From the human T2T-CHM13v2.0 reference genome, Homo sapiens, in NCBI RefSeq assembly GCF_009914755.1, contig NC_060945.1: a stretch of DNA of 64,000 nt; one strand, written 5' to 3'. Every line of letters starts with the position of its first letter. The stretch's first letter is position 1. The translations under genes were made by a program, and so were the position numbers. Shown one piece after another: positions 28,184 through 45,934 of this stretch. The notes beneath the pieces are model-generated. The model was not told the DNA's origin. It was given only the letters and a program-made list of their open reading frames with translations, and did no database searches.

Positions 28184-28290
28184 GAGAACCAAATTGAAAG
28201 CCTACAGATACTGAAGATGACTGGAATTTTTGTTTCTGTCTTATCTTTTTGTGTTTTTTTCTGAATAAACAATTCAGAGGAAATGCTTTT
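28184..28290 (+). pseudogene. FRG1: FRG1-like exon 9 (acceptor reads caa; TGA at 28212-28214; AATAAA at 28264-28269)
   Basis: G AGA ACC AAA TTG AAA GCC TAC AGA TAC TGA, compared with the FRG1 C-terminus RAKLKADRYCK. Confidence 0.88.
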
Positions 28291-29339
28291 ACAGAGTTCT
28301 TGAGTTGTTGTGAAATTATTGTTTAGCTAGTAGCTAGTTTAACCAGGATTAAACAAGTTTAATCAGGATTCTTCATGGATGTACTTTTTAGCTAACTACA
28401 GTTTTTCACATGGAAATGAAACTTACAGTACACACTTAACGTACCACAGAATTTTTTTCTGGATTTCCTGTCCTGAAGCATGAAGTGTACTAGAAACCAA
28501 TTCTTCCTGCGCTACTTGTGGAATCTTTCTTACTGGATCATAATCTTACTTTACTTTATACAATAGATGCTTAATCAGTGCCTTTAATAGGAAGTTAGAA
28601 ACTCCCAATCCAATCAACAAGGCTTTGATTCTACCTCCTAAGTACTACCCAGATCACAGAAAATCCAAATATCAGAACTAGGGGCTGGGCAGAGAGGACA
28701 AATCATCTATTAGGGAGTGGGACAGAAAGTGGAAACATTACAAAGGAGCAAGTAGGCTCAGAACAGAAGGGAGAGTAGTACGGGGAAACTCTCTACTGAG
28801 GACAGTTTTGCCACAGTAGATATGTATGTGATGTTTTTGTCCTCGTGGGCTGGAATGGAAGCTGATAAAGAAGTTCAGATGCTACATGTTGCTTAGGTCT
28901 GCTTTGTTGAAGCCTGTCTCTTTCAGAGTTCCTAAACACAATATTCCTGTGGCATCTAATCCCAGTGAGTGCTCCAAATCCAGGCTGTGTATCAGATGCC
29001 ACGGGAAATTCTGCCTCAGGACTGAGGTTGGTTCAAGCATCTGGATGATGTCAAAAGTCCACGTTGTGTGCTGGCCTAACCTGAAATACCCTATCTAGTT
29101 CTAGCCTTTAAATTCCTTCTGTCACCAAATCTAGAGTTACATGGCGTCTGTACAAGCTAGGTAGCTGAGGCATGGGATCAGCCCTATAAAGGAGCTTTTG
29201 GAGCTTTTGTTGTAGGTCTAGCTTCAACTTGGCACTCCAGTTCCAATAGCTGGACTTTCTCCCATCGTGTGTTCTGATCCTTGGATTGGGAACAAAGTAA
29301 CCACTCTGATCCCACAAAGCAGTGGTTCCAGTTCCTAAC

Positions 29340-29730
29340 CAGTGACTGTTTTGCCTCCCAGGGGACATTTTTGGTTTTCACAACTGGAATATGGTGTTAG
29401 AGAGTAGAGGCTAGGGTTGCTGCGAAGCATGTGGCAGAATCCCGTTCCGCTCAGAATGCTAACAGTGCCAAGGTTATGGAGCCTTCCCACCCAAGGGCTT
29501 GGTCTTTTCCTTGATTTTGCCAGCTCCCTAACCCTTAAACAAAACAGTTCAAATCTATATGCATAAGCATCTCCTAGGGACCTGCACGTTTCCAATATCG
29601 ACTACTGAGACCCATCCGTAGAGATGCAGGCTTAGGAGGTCTAGGATTGGGCTCAAAATTTGCATTTTAACAAGTACTCCAGGTCATTCTGAAGCAAGTG
29701 ATACAAACCACAGAATGAGGAACACCGCCT
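29340..29730. mobile_element. MER20-like and MER5-like DNA transposon remnants
   Basis: ttttgcctcccaggggacattt...; ttgcattttaacaag...ccaggtcattctga. Confidence 0.5.
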
Positions 29731-30831
29731 TCAAGAGACTGAATCTTGCTTCCCAACACTAGCTTGGTATCTGAGACCATCTGCCTGCTGACTGGCTTTC
29801 CTGTCACAAACATTCTGCATGTGGGCACAGTGTGTTCCTGGACTCCATGTCAACCCGTTCACCCTCATGTTCCCTTGGTTCCTCTCCCCAGTCCAGCGAG
29901 CAGAACTGATTACAGATCTTGACAACAGAAGATACAGATTTAAAATAACTTGCCTGTTCCCGGGGACTTTATCCACTAGTGAAGGAGGACAAGTGGACAA
30001 GGGGAGAGGGTAGGTGGGGGCTCCTTCCCTATTCCTCCCATTCCACTTTATACAAACCCCAGCTAGACCACTGGGAGAGCAACGGAGGTTAAGAATGACT
30101 GCATCTAAATATTGTCATCTGGTCCACTCTTCTTCCATCTTGTACACAAGGATATCATGAGTTTTGTTTAAAGCACTACTAAAACCAAGATAAACTTTGG
30201 CTTAGCATGCCTCTGATGGATCAGTCTAGTAATCTTATCAAAACCAAGATTACCTAAAAGCACTAACCAAAGGAAAAGCTCCCTCACCCCAACCTATGAC
30301 TGCTCACATTTTTCAGATTGACTCATTTCAATTGTATTTTAAGGTTCATTGACTCTTTACCACCTTCAAGCTGCTCCTGAACACAACTGATTATTATTTT
30401 TTAATTTTGAAAACTTTCTCACTTCTGGAATTTCCACTTGAGTCTTTGTTATTATTGTAGTTTCTTCTTCTCTGCTGTGATTTCCTATCCATTTATTTTA
30501 AGGGTTTTTGGGGTTTTGATTTTAGTAAGAATTACAATAACTACTTTAAAAATCCACACTAATTCCAACATCTGGGTCGTCTCGAGGTCAGTCTCTATTC
30601 ATTGCCTTTTTCTTTGAATATGTTTCTTTACATGTTTGATATAATGGGATTGAATTCTGAAGATTGTAAAACTAGATTTTGTTTTGTTCCTCTGAAAATT
30701 TTGATAATTTTTTGTTGTATTTGTTGTATTTTGTTTGATTTTTTTTCTATTATATACTTTACAATAATTTTTCTCCAATGGTTTTAACATTTCTATTTCT
30801 CAAAATATTTATGTCAAAAATTATACAAAGT

Positions 30832-31355
30832 AGCTTGGTGCAGTGGCTTCCATCTGTAATCCCAGAACTTTTAGAGGCCAAGGCAGGAGGGTCACTTGAG
30901 CCCAGGAGTTGGAAACCAGCCTACACAACAAGGCAAGACCCTTTCTCCACAAAAAAATTATTAGGGTGGGGTAAAAAGTAGTTGCGGGTTTTGCCATTAC
31001 TTTCAATGGCAAAACCCGGAATTACTCTTGCACTAACCTGATAAAAAATAAGCTGGGTATGGTGGTGACGTGTGCCTGTGGTCTCAGCTATTTGGGAAGT
31101 GAAGGCAGAGATGGGAGGATTGCTTGAGCCCAGGAGTTCCAGACCAGCCTGAGACCCTGTCTCTATGAGAAAAAAAAAAAAAAAATAGCTGGGCCCACGT
31201 ACCTGTGGTACTAGCCACTTGGGAGGCAAAGGCAGAGGTGCCAGAATCCCTTGAGCCCAGAAGCTCAAGGCTGCAGGGCACTGTGATTGTGTCACTGCAC
31301 TCCAGCCTGGGTGATGGAGCACGACCCTGACTCCAAATAATAATAATAATTACAA
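30832..31355 (+). mobile_element. Composite three-arm AluJ-like element
   Basis: Three Alu monomer-like segments separated by A-rich linkers. Confidence 0.75.
30961..31041. mobile_element. Made1 (Hsmar1-derived MITE) with TA TSD
   Basis: Palindrome ttagggtggggtaaaaagtagttgcgggttttgccatt-actttc-aatggcaaaacccggaattactcttgcactaacctga, flanked by TA. Confidence 0.9.
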
Positions 31356-31429
31356 AAAAGAAAGACCTAGAACACCAGGTTAGGGTTAAGTATTCTAAAA
31401 TTTAGCTGACTTACTCTGTTCTCTATAAA

Positions 31430-31610
31430 ACAGGTTGCCACAGAAAATATAGCATGCCCAGTTAATTTGAAATTTCAGATAAACAAATACTTTTCTCAGT
31501 GTAAGTCTATCCCATGCAATATTTGGGACATGATTATACTAAAATATTATTCCTTGTTTATCTGAAATTGAAATTTAACTGGGTATTACACAATTATAGC
31601 AGCCTGACCA
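31430..31610. mobile_element. MER53-like palindromic element
   Basis: cccagttaatttgaaatttcagataaacaa ... ttgtttatctgaaattgaaatttaactggg. Confidence 0.75.
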
Positions 31611-32095
31611 TAAAAGATATGTAGGTTGAACAAAATTATACTTTAAACTTCAAGCTTTATAATAAATGCATTATTAATCAAGAACTATTATTTGCTGAGA
31701 CCTGTGTAGATCCCAATATTTATCTTTTTAAATGTGGAACTAGGAAAGCTACATAAAGAACATTTATAGAAATAAATTACTGCTCTATAGCTGAAAGGAA
31801 AACTCTAGCTTTTATTTTCCTCCCCGAACTTAAGGTTTATTCTACATTTGTATAAACAATAAAATTGCAGCTCAACTTTGGAAGCACAGATCATAATATA
31901 AAAATAAAGCAAAGGTCCCAGAAACATTTCACAGGCAACAAATCTTGCACATCATCTTACTATAGCAACTAAACATATAATAACTTAGAATGATCCACTA
32001 ATTATAAGTAAAGAATAAATTCTTTTACAAAGCATAACTATTAATATTATTGACCATCATAAGAGCAAATATTTTAAGTAAAACACCATGAATAC

Positions 32096-32351
32096 TTTAC
32101 AGAAAGGAGCGAGTTGCAGACACAGTCATTCTTGGATTTCTTTCAACACCAGGCCTTCTTCCCTTTTGACCTGAACTGGGAGTTGAATATTTCCTCTCTT
32201 TGCCCACTGACCCTCTAGTCTCTGAAACATCTTTTGTACTAGAGGTATATGCAGAGACTTCCTGGAAATTTGGATTTGTAAATTGTGCTGTTGTATCTTC
32301 TAGGCATTGCAGTGATCCAGATATAGAGCTGTTGCTCTTGCTTGTATAAGT
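32096..32351 (-). pseudogene. MLLT10P: MLLT10 (AF10) duplicated single-exon pseudogene fragment
   Basis: The minus strand translates to TYTSKSNSSISGSLQCLEDTTAQFTNPNFQEVSAYTSSTKDVSETRGSVGKERKYSTPSSGQKGRRPGVERNPRMTVSATRSFL*, matching AF10 TYTSTSNNSISGSLKRLEDTTARFTNANFQEVSAHTSSGKDVSETRGSEG. It is flanked by a polypyrimidine tract and a gtatt donor. Confidence 0.9.
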
Positions 32352-32878
32352 GTAACATTTTGATTCAAAAAAGGAAGTAAAAGGATGAGAGTTGATTACA
32401 TTTGGCTACTGACATTAATAATAATAATAATTGCACTTGTAATATAAACATCTGAAAGTTTTAGTTCTAAGAATGTCTGTCCACATAAGAAAATTATGTA
32501 AAAATAATTAATGTCTATTATAAGTATTTTCTTTAACCAAAGAAAAAGTATAATTTAAAGATGGCTGTTTACGGATCAAATTGCAGCAACTGGTAAAAGT
32601 AGATATTAGTCATATTTATTAAGTGACACACAGTGATACTGAAGGCACTTATTTTGCAAGAAACATCATTTTTTCCCAACAAGAACATACTACATGCAAG
32701 ACATGAAATGAAAATAAGCTTTAATTTTCACCACACTAGGGCGACAATCAGAGAACTGAGGTGATACAGATCCATTAGAGGACCATATCCGTGAGTCTGT
32801 CAGTCTCTACTGTAGGACAGAGCAAGAATTTTTAAAGAATTTCGGTTAAGGCTTCTTTTCAAAAAAATACAAAGATTA

Positions 32879-34210
<1,332 letters not shown>

Positions 34211-35018
34211 GATGCTAAAAAAATACAAAGATTAAAGCTTTTGAAACATAAATTATTTTTTCCAGTTATTACATTGAGGACAAAGTTATAGTTGCAAAAT
34301 TAAGATTTTTATAACTATCCCTAAAATTGATTCTCAGTGACTCCCTTGATCTAAATATGTTAAGGAAAAAGGCAAGATAAAGATGTGTTAAATATTTTCC
34401 AGTTTTTAATAATCAGCTTTAATATAAGGTACACCCAAATAATGGTTAATTAAATGACAATGAAAGTATGTTATAGCACATGCTCACTCATCAACATGCC
34501 TTGAAATTAAAGGTTTATAAGGTGCATAAGGGCAAAGTTTTTGATGTTGCCATTACATTCACAAAAGTATCTGAGGCACGTACAGCATGAAGTTCACTAA
34601 GTGCTTGCAACATAACCAGCACTAAATTTTGTTGAATAAATAAATGAATACATTTGTATAGCATCTGTTCAAAATCTCTGGTGTAAAAATAAAAATAATC
34701 TGAAAACCTGCAAAACTGAAATTTCCCACATACGGCTGTCAATTTGTACAAAACGATAAGACGAATTCCAAAATGAGAACATGACAATATAATCAAGTTT
34801 CAAAATGGCTGGTCGTTTTTAGCAAAACCCATGTTCAATAAAAGGAATAAGACATCAAATGTTTTGAGAACCAAAATTTTACTGCTGCTTTTCTAACACA
34901 CTGTTGTTAACCTGAGCTCCCATCCTCTTACTGTCTATAACAGATTTTCATCATAAAATACAAGAAACAGGCTGGATGCCTGTCAGTAACAGATTTTCAT
35001 CATCAAATACAAGAAACA

Positions 35019-38510
<3,492 letters not shown>

Positions 38511-39210
38511 GTCAAGAAACAACAGATGCTGGCAAGGCTGTGGATAAATAAACACTTTTACACTGTTGGTAGGAATGTTAATTAGTTCAATCATTGTGGA
38601 AGACAGTTTGGCGATTCTGCAAGGATCTAGAACCAGAAATACAATTTAACCCAGAAATCTGATTACTGGGTATATATGCAAAGGACTATAAATCATTCTA
38701 TTATAAAGATGCATGCACGCGTATGTTTATAGCAGCACTATTCCCATTAGCAAAAACATGGAATCAATCCAAATGTCCATCAATGATAGACTAGATAAAA
38801 AATGTGGTACATACACGCCATGGAATACTATGCAGCCATAAAAAGGAATGAGATCATGTCTTTTGCAGGGACATGAATGAATCTGGAAACCATCATCTTT
38901 AGCAAACTAATACAGGAACAGAAGACCAAACACCACATGTTCTCACTCATAAGTGGGAGCTGAATAATGAGAACACCTGGACACAGGGAGAGGAACAACA
39001 CACACTGGGGCCTGTCAGTGGGGATGGGGAGAGAGAGCATCAGGATAAATAGCTAACACATGTGGGGCTTAATACCTAGGCACCTAGGTTGTGGGTTGAT
39101 AGGTACAGCAAATCATCATAGTGCACGTTTACCTACGTAACAAACATGCATATCCTGCACATGTATCCTGGAACTTAAAATAAAATTTAAAAAAATAAAA
39201 TAAAAAGAAA
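38511..39210 (+). mobile_element. Older L1PA 3' end
   Basis: A second L1 3'UTR with an A-rich tail directly after the first polyA. Confidence 0.85.
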
Positions 39211-39224
39211 ACAGAAGAGTACAG

Positions 39225-39640
39225 CAAATTGGCTCACAGTTCCACAGCCTGTACAGCAAACATGATGCTGACATCTTCTCAGCTTCTGGGGAGGCCTCAG
39301 GACACTTAACAATCATGGTGGAAGGGAAAGCAAGAGCAGGAGGAAGAGAGAGAGGGGAAAGGTCCTACACACTTTAAACAACAAGATCTCATGAGAACTC
39401 TATCACAAGAGCAGAGCTAAGGGGTTTGTGCTTAACCATTAGAAACTACTCCCATGGACCAGCCACCTCCCAGCAGGCCCCATCTCCGACAGTGGGAACC
39501 ACTGGAGGCTGCTCCCGTGGACCCGCTGCCTTCCAGTAGGCCCCGTCTCCAACACTGGGAACCACTGGAAACTGCTCCCATGGACCAGCCACCTCCCAGC
39601 AGGCCCCATCTCCGACACTGGGGATTACATTTCTACAGAA
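39225..39640 (-). mobile_element. Partial MST LTR with an internal 63-bp unit repeated ~3x (39446-39622)
   Basis: aattggctcacagttcc...; cccRtggacc at 39451, 39514 and 39577. Confidence 0.8.
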
Positions 39641-40507
39641 GTTTCCAATAATTCTGGAACACATACTAATAACATATTTATAAAAATACAGTCCAAAGTA
39701 GACCAAACACCATTCACTCTTCTACTTGAACGTTTTCCCTCTATTCTAATGTCACAATCTCTAGCGTTATTAATCAGAATCCTGCATTTAAGGGCATCTG
39801 TTAAATTTTATAGCTGATTATAAAACCATCATTTAAAGAGGACCAAAATGAGACAACAATTGTCTGTGGATGACAAAAACATTAAGGGCAGCCACAGTTA
39901 AAGACACGAACAACAGCCTTTAAGGTAGAATTTTCTGTAGAGCCTATTATGAGGGAGATATTTCTAGTTATTACCTCTTTTATTCTAAACCATAGAAAAA
40001 GGACCTATCAAATAAAGTCCTTCTAGAAGAGTGAAGGGCTCCTGGCAATGTTCTCTTTAATCCATGATGTGGGATAAAGGGAGTTTTGACTGATTATGAG
40101 GCAATATATATACCACTAAAGTTTCAACAACCTAAAAGAAAAAAAAAAAAAGCAGGGGAGGGATGTCCTGGAAGAACCAGATGGAGCCATAGCAGAAGAT
40201 GATTTCAATCCACTGACCCCTGAATTGTGGGCTGGTTGTGCTGCATTGCTCTGCGACTTATGGTTCTGCCGCAACAAAGATCTAATTCCCAGGGTTATAG
40301 CAAAAGACATTTGCGGTACCCCTGAGGCACAGAGAAGGGAGAAATCCAAACCTGACTTAAGTCTAGGGTTCTTAAACCACACAATCTCCTCACAAGGAGG
40401 ACCTTAACTCTGAAGATACTGATTTGGGGCTGTTTCAAAGAAAGAAATTATAAATATGAGTGGGAAAGAGAACAATCTTCCCCATATCCAGTGTCAAAAA
40501 AATGAGG

Positions 40508-41124
40508 CAGAGGGAAGGAAAGAAGGAAGGAAGGAGGAAAGGAAGGAAGGAAGAAAGGAAGGAGAGAGGGAAGGAAGGAGAGAGGAAAGAAAGGAGGGAA
40601 GGAAGGAGAGAGGAAAGAAAGGAGGGAAGGAAAGAGAGAGGGAAGGAAGGAAGGAAGTAGGGAGGGAGGGAGGGAGGGATGGAAGGAAGGAAGGAGAGAG
40701 GGAAGGAAGGAATGAAGGAAGGAGAGAGGGAAGGAGAGCAGGAAGGAAGGAAGGAAAGAAGGAAGGAGAGAGAGAAGGAAGGAAGGAGGGAGGGAGGGAA
40801 GGAAGGAAGGAGAGAGGGAAGGAAGGAAGGAGGGAAAGAAGAAAGGAAGAAAGGAAAGAGGGAAGGAAGGAAGGCAGAAAGGAAGGAGGGAAGGAAGAAA
40901 GGAAGGAAGGAAAGGGAAGGAAAGAGGGAAGGAAGGAGGGAAGGAAGGAGGGAAGGAAGAAAAGAAGGAAGGAAAGAGGGAAGGAAGGAGGGAAGGAAGG
41001 AGGGAAGGAAGAAAGGAAGGAAGGAAAGAGGGAAGGAAGGAAGGAAAGATGGAAGGAAGGAGGGAAGGAAGGAGGGAAGGAAGGAAGGAAACGAAGGAAA
41101 CAAGGAAGGAAAGAAGGGAAGGAA
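40508..41124. repeat. Polypurine GGAA/GGGA-rich simple repeat (~620 bp)
   Basis: Almost entirely G/A. Confidence 0.97.
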
Positions 41125-41596
41125 CTTGGATATGCACAAAAACAAAATTTAAATTAAAACGGAAGTCTATCATCTGACCTAATTGGAAATGTACTATTTT
41201 CTAAAACAATTTATACAGTCCAAATATAAAAGGGTGCTGATTGGTATTTGTAACTCTCCAGCATATATTCTGAATCAATTTGAACATCTGCTGAAATCTA
41301 CCAATTTGCATACCTTCACAAACTTAATCAATACTGGAGCTGAAAGTTTGTTATACCTGAGATTTCACTAAATTTAAACATTGCAACCCTAACTCTAGCA
41401 GAGTAACTGCATATAGAATAGAGGGCACATACTTATGCCTCACATTTGTTACCTTGACTAAATTTCCCGTTGTCATAGAAGCCTTTGTCCACAGGGGACC
41501 TGGATGCTCTGACCCAATGAGTAACAAATTGATATTAAATCATTTGCACTTACACATTGACTTCACCAAATGTAACCTTACAGAACTCCCCTCCTG

Positions 41597-41918
41597 TTTT
41601 TTTTAAATTTGATTTATTTTTAATTTTTCATTTTTTTAGAGATGGGGTCTTCCTCCATTACCCAGGCTGAATGAAGTGCGGTGACGCAATCATAGCTCAC
41701 TGCTGCCTCGAACTCCTGGGCTCAAGCAATCCTCCCATTTTAGCCTTCCAAGTAGCTGGGATTACAGGCATGCACCAACACAGCCAATTAAAAAAATTTA
41801 TAGAAGTGGAGTCTTGCTATGTTGCCTAGACTGCTCTCAACCTTCTGGCCTCAAGCAATCCTCCTGCCTCGGCCTCCCAAAGTGCTGGGATTACAGGTGT
41901 GAGCCATCGTGCCTAGCC
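41597..41918 (-). mobile_element. AluJ
   Basis: Diverged dimer. Confidence 0.85.
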
Positions 41919-42174
41919 TCCCCATCTTGATAAATTAGCAAATATGGTAAAATATAAATTACAACATGACTTCAAATAAATAAAACTTATTATATAAGAC
42001 CTAATTAATTAGTGAAGGGGTGATAATCCTCATTGCTTCAACGTTTAGCAGTAGAATTTGGCCTGTTCTTAAACCTGCATATAATATATGGTGTTTCACA
42101 GTGGATTGCTGTAATGTGACTGCAGTGCTCCCATCCATTAAGGCCCTCGTACCCATTGCCAAATATTGTGGCTA

Positions 42175-44730
42175 ATTTTTTTTTATTGCAATAGGTTTTT
42201 GGGGAATATGATGGGGTTTTTTTAATTTCAATAGGATTTTGGGAAACAGGTGGTGTTTGGTTACACGAATAAGTTGTTTAGTGGCGATTTCTGAGATTTG
42301 CGGTGCACCCATCACCCAAGCAGTGTACACTGTACCCAATGTGTAGTGTTTTATCCCTCACCGCACCCACCCCACCACTCCCAGCGTTTCCCTGAGTCCT
42401 CGAAGACCATTGTATCATTCTTATGCCTTTGCATCCTCATAGCTTAGCTCTCACTTATGAATGAGAACATACAATGTTTGGTTTTCCATTCCTAAGTTGC
42501 TTCACTTAGAATAATGGTGTCCAGTTTCATCCAGGTTGCTGTGAATGCATTATTTCATTCTATCTTATGGCTGAGTAGTATTCCATGTGGTAAATATTTA
42601 TACCACATTTTCTTTATCCACTTATGGATTGGTGGGCATTTAGACTGGTTTCAAATTCTTCCAATTGCATATTGTGCTGCTATAAACATTCGTGTGCTAG
42701 TATCTTTTTCATATAATGACTTATTTTCCTCTGAGTAGATACCCAGGAGTGGAATTACTGGATCAAATGATAGATCTGCTTTTACTTCTTTGGAAATCTC
42801 CTCGCTGTTTTCCATAGCTGTTGTACTAGCTTACATTCCCTCCAAAAAGTGTAAAAGTGTTCCCTTTTTGCCACATCCATGCCAACATCTATTAGTTTTT
42901 GATTTTTTGATTATGACCGTTCTTGCAGGAGTGAAGGGGTATCATATTGTCTTATGGTTTTGATTTACCTTTCCCTGATAATTAGTTATGTTGAGCATTT
43001 TTTCATGTGTTTGTTGGCCAGTTGCTTCTTTTGAGAATTGTCTGTTCATGTCCTTAGCCCACTTTTTGATGGGATGTTTTCCTTGCTGCTTTGTTTGAGT
43101 TCCTTGCAGATTCTGGGTATTACTCCTTTAATCAGAAGTACAGATTGCGAAGATTTTCTGCCACTCTGTAGGTTATCTGTTTACTCTGCTGATTATTTCT
43201 CTTACTGTGCAGAAGCCTTTTAGTTTAATTAAGTTTCATCTATTTATCTTTGCTTTAGTTGCATTTGCTTTTTGGGTTATTGGTCATGAAGTCTTTGCCT
43301 AAGCCAATGTCTAGAAGAGTTTTTCCAATGTCGTCTTCTAGAACTTTTATGGTTTCAGGTATTAGATTTAAGTCCTTGATCCATCTTGAGTTGATTTTTG
43401 AATAGGGTGAGAAATGAGCATCCACTTTCATTCTTCTATGTGTGGCTTGCCATTTATCTCAGCACCATTTGTTGAATAGGGTATTTTTCTCTGCTTTATG
43501 TTTTTGTTTGTTTTGTTGAAGATTAGATGACTATAAGTATTTGGCTTTATTTCTGGGTTCTCTATTATGTTACATTGATCTATATGGCTATTTTTATACC
43601 AGTACCATGCTGTTTTGGTGACTATGGCCTTCTAGTATAGTTTGAAGTCAGCTTCTAGATTTGTTCTTTTTGCTTAGTCTTGCTTTGGCTATACAGACTC
43701 TTTTTTGGTTCTAGGCTTTTATTACCTTAAGGTATGTCCCTTCTATGTCTTTTTTAGTTCCATGTGAATTTTTGTAGTTCTGTGAAGACTGATGTTGGTA
43801 CTTTAATGGGGATTGCATTGAGTTTGTAGATTGCTTTTGGCAGTATGGTATTTCACAATATTGATTGTACCCATCCTTGAGCATGGGATACGTTTCCATT
43901 TGTTTGTGTCTATGATTTCTATCAGCAGTGTTTTGTAGTTTTCCTTGTAGAGGTCTTTTGTCTCTTTGGTTAAGTATTCCGGATATAATTAAGATTTTGT
44001 CTGCAAAGATTGCATGCAATTGACAATTATAGGAATATACTATTATAATTATAAGAATTATAATATTCCTAAGGTTTTTATTGCAGCTATTGTAAAAGGG
44101 GGTGAGTTTTTTATTTAATTCTCAGCTTGTTCACTATTACTGTATAGCAGAGCCACTGACTTGTGTACATTAATTTTGTATCCTGAAACTTTGCTGAATT
44201 CATTTACCAGTTCTAGTAGCTTTTGGGATGTGTCTTTAGGGCTTTCTAGGTATACGATCGTGTCATCAGCAAAGAGTGACAGTTCGACTTCCCCTTTACC
44301 GATTTGGATGCCCTTTATTTCTCTTATCTGATTGCTCTGGCTAGAACTTCTAGTTCTGTGTTGAATAGAAGTGGTGAAGGTTGGAATCATTGTCTTGTTC
44401 CAGTTCTCAGGGGGAATGCTTTCAAATTTTCCCCATTCTGTATAATGTTGGCTGTGTGTTTGTCATATATGGCTTTTATTACCTTAAGGTATGTCCCTTC
44501 GATATTGATTTTGCTGAGGGTTTTAATCATAAAGGGATTCTGGATTTTGTCAAATGCTTTTTCTATGTCGATTTTGCTGAGGATTTTAGGCATAAAGCGA
44601 TGCTGGATTTTGTCAAATCCTTTTTCTGCATGTATTGAGATGATCATGTGATTTTTGTTTTTAATTCTCTTTATATGGTGTATCACATTTATTGACTTGC
44701 ATATGTTTAACCGTCCTGCATCTCTGGTTT
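42175..44730 (-). mobile_element. L1PB/L1MA-like element with internal small insertions and duplications
   Basis: Antisense ORF2 peptides ([13 protein letters not shown]; [17 protein letters not shown]). Confidence 0.88.
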
Positions 44731-44757
44731 CTCCTCAGATCGTATGCATCTTTCACC

Positions 44758-45175
44758 TTTGATGGTTCATTTTATTTGCCAAGTTGGGTTGCCTAGAGAT
44801 TTGGTTAAACACTCTGGATATGTCTGTGAGGGTGTTCCTTGATGAGATGAATATTTGACTATGTAGACTTAGTAAAGTAGTTGCCCTCCCCAATGTGAGT
44901 GGACCTCATCCAATCCATTAAAAACTCAAATGAAACACAAAAGTAGAGGAAGAGAGAATTCACTCTCTTTGTCTGATGATTTCAGAGCTGAGACGTAGAT
45001 TGAAGTCAGACGTGGACTCTAACTGATGCCATCAGCTTTCCTTGTTCTCAGGACTTTAGGCTTCAACTGGAACTCCAACATTGGCAGTCCTGGGTCTCCA
45101 GCTTGCTGACTGCAGGTCCTGGGACTTCTTAGCCTCCATAACCACATGAGCCAATTCCTTATAATAAACCTATAT
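44758..45175 (+). mobile_element. MLT2 (ERVL) LTR
   Basis: tgatggtt...ccctccccaatgtgagtggacctcatccaatcc...gagccaattccttataataaa. Confidence 0.8.
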
Positions 45176-45629
45176 ATATTCATGCAACTGGTAAATATTT
45201 TGTTGTTATAGATTTGGCTACCATTTTCTTTTTTGTGCCTATTTTAACAGAGTCTCAGTCATAGCCTGCCTTCATCTCTGAAGGGACCAGGCGACCCACA
45301 GAGTGCCTCAGCAGCCTTGTCATTGCATGCAATCTTCACAGACAAGATCTCACTGCAACCACCTTTCTACAGGAGCACAGATGTGACATTATACTGATGA
45401 CATCATTCTCAGAGAAAATTAATTTTACACACTAAGGACACACAGATACAAGGAGGCTTACACAAAGGGAATGGAGCTTTCCTCAACACAGTAGTGCAAG
45501 GCCCTGCCACTTTGCTTCAATTCCTGAAAATTCCTTGGTAAACATGGGGCTGCCCTATTCCTGACACTTTCAAAAAATAGTTATTGATCCTCTCAGCGTC
45601 CACAATATTAATACAAGCCCAACATTCTT

Positions 45630-45934
<305 letters not shown>

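Noticed and set aside
28780-30010. Short ORFs downstream of FRG1 as another gene
   Set aside because: No recognisable homology; they partly overlap MER remnants.
40435-41173. 230-240-aa ORFs
   Set aside because: Translation of a GGAA simple repeat.
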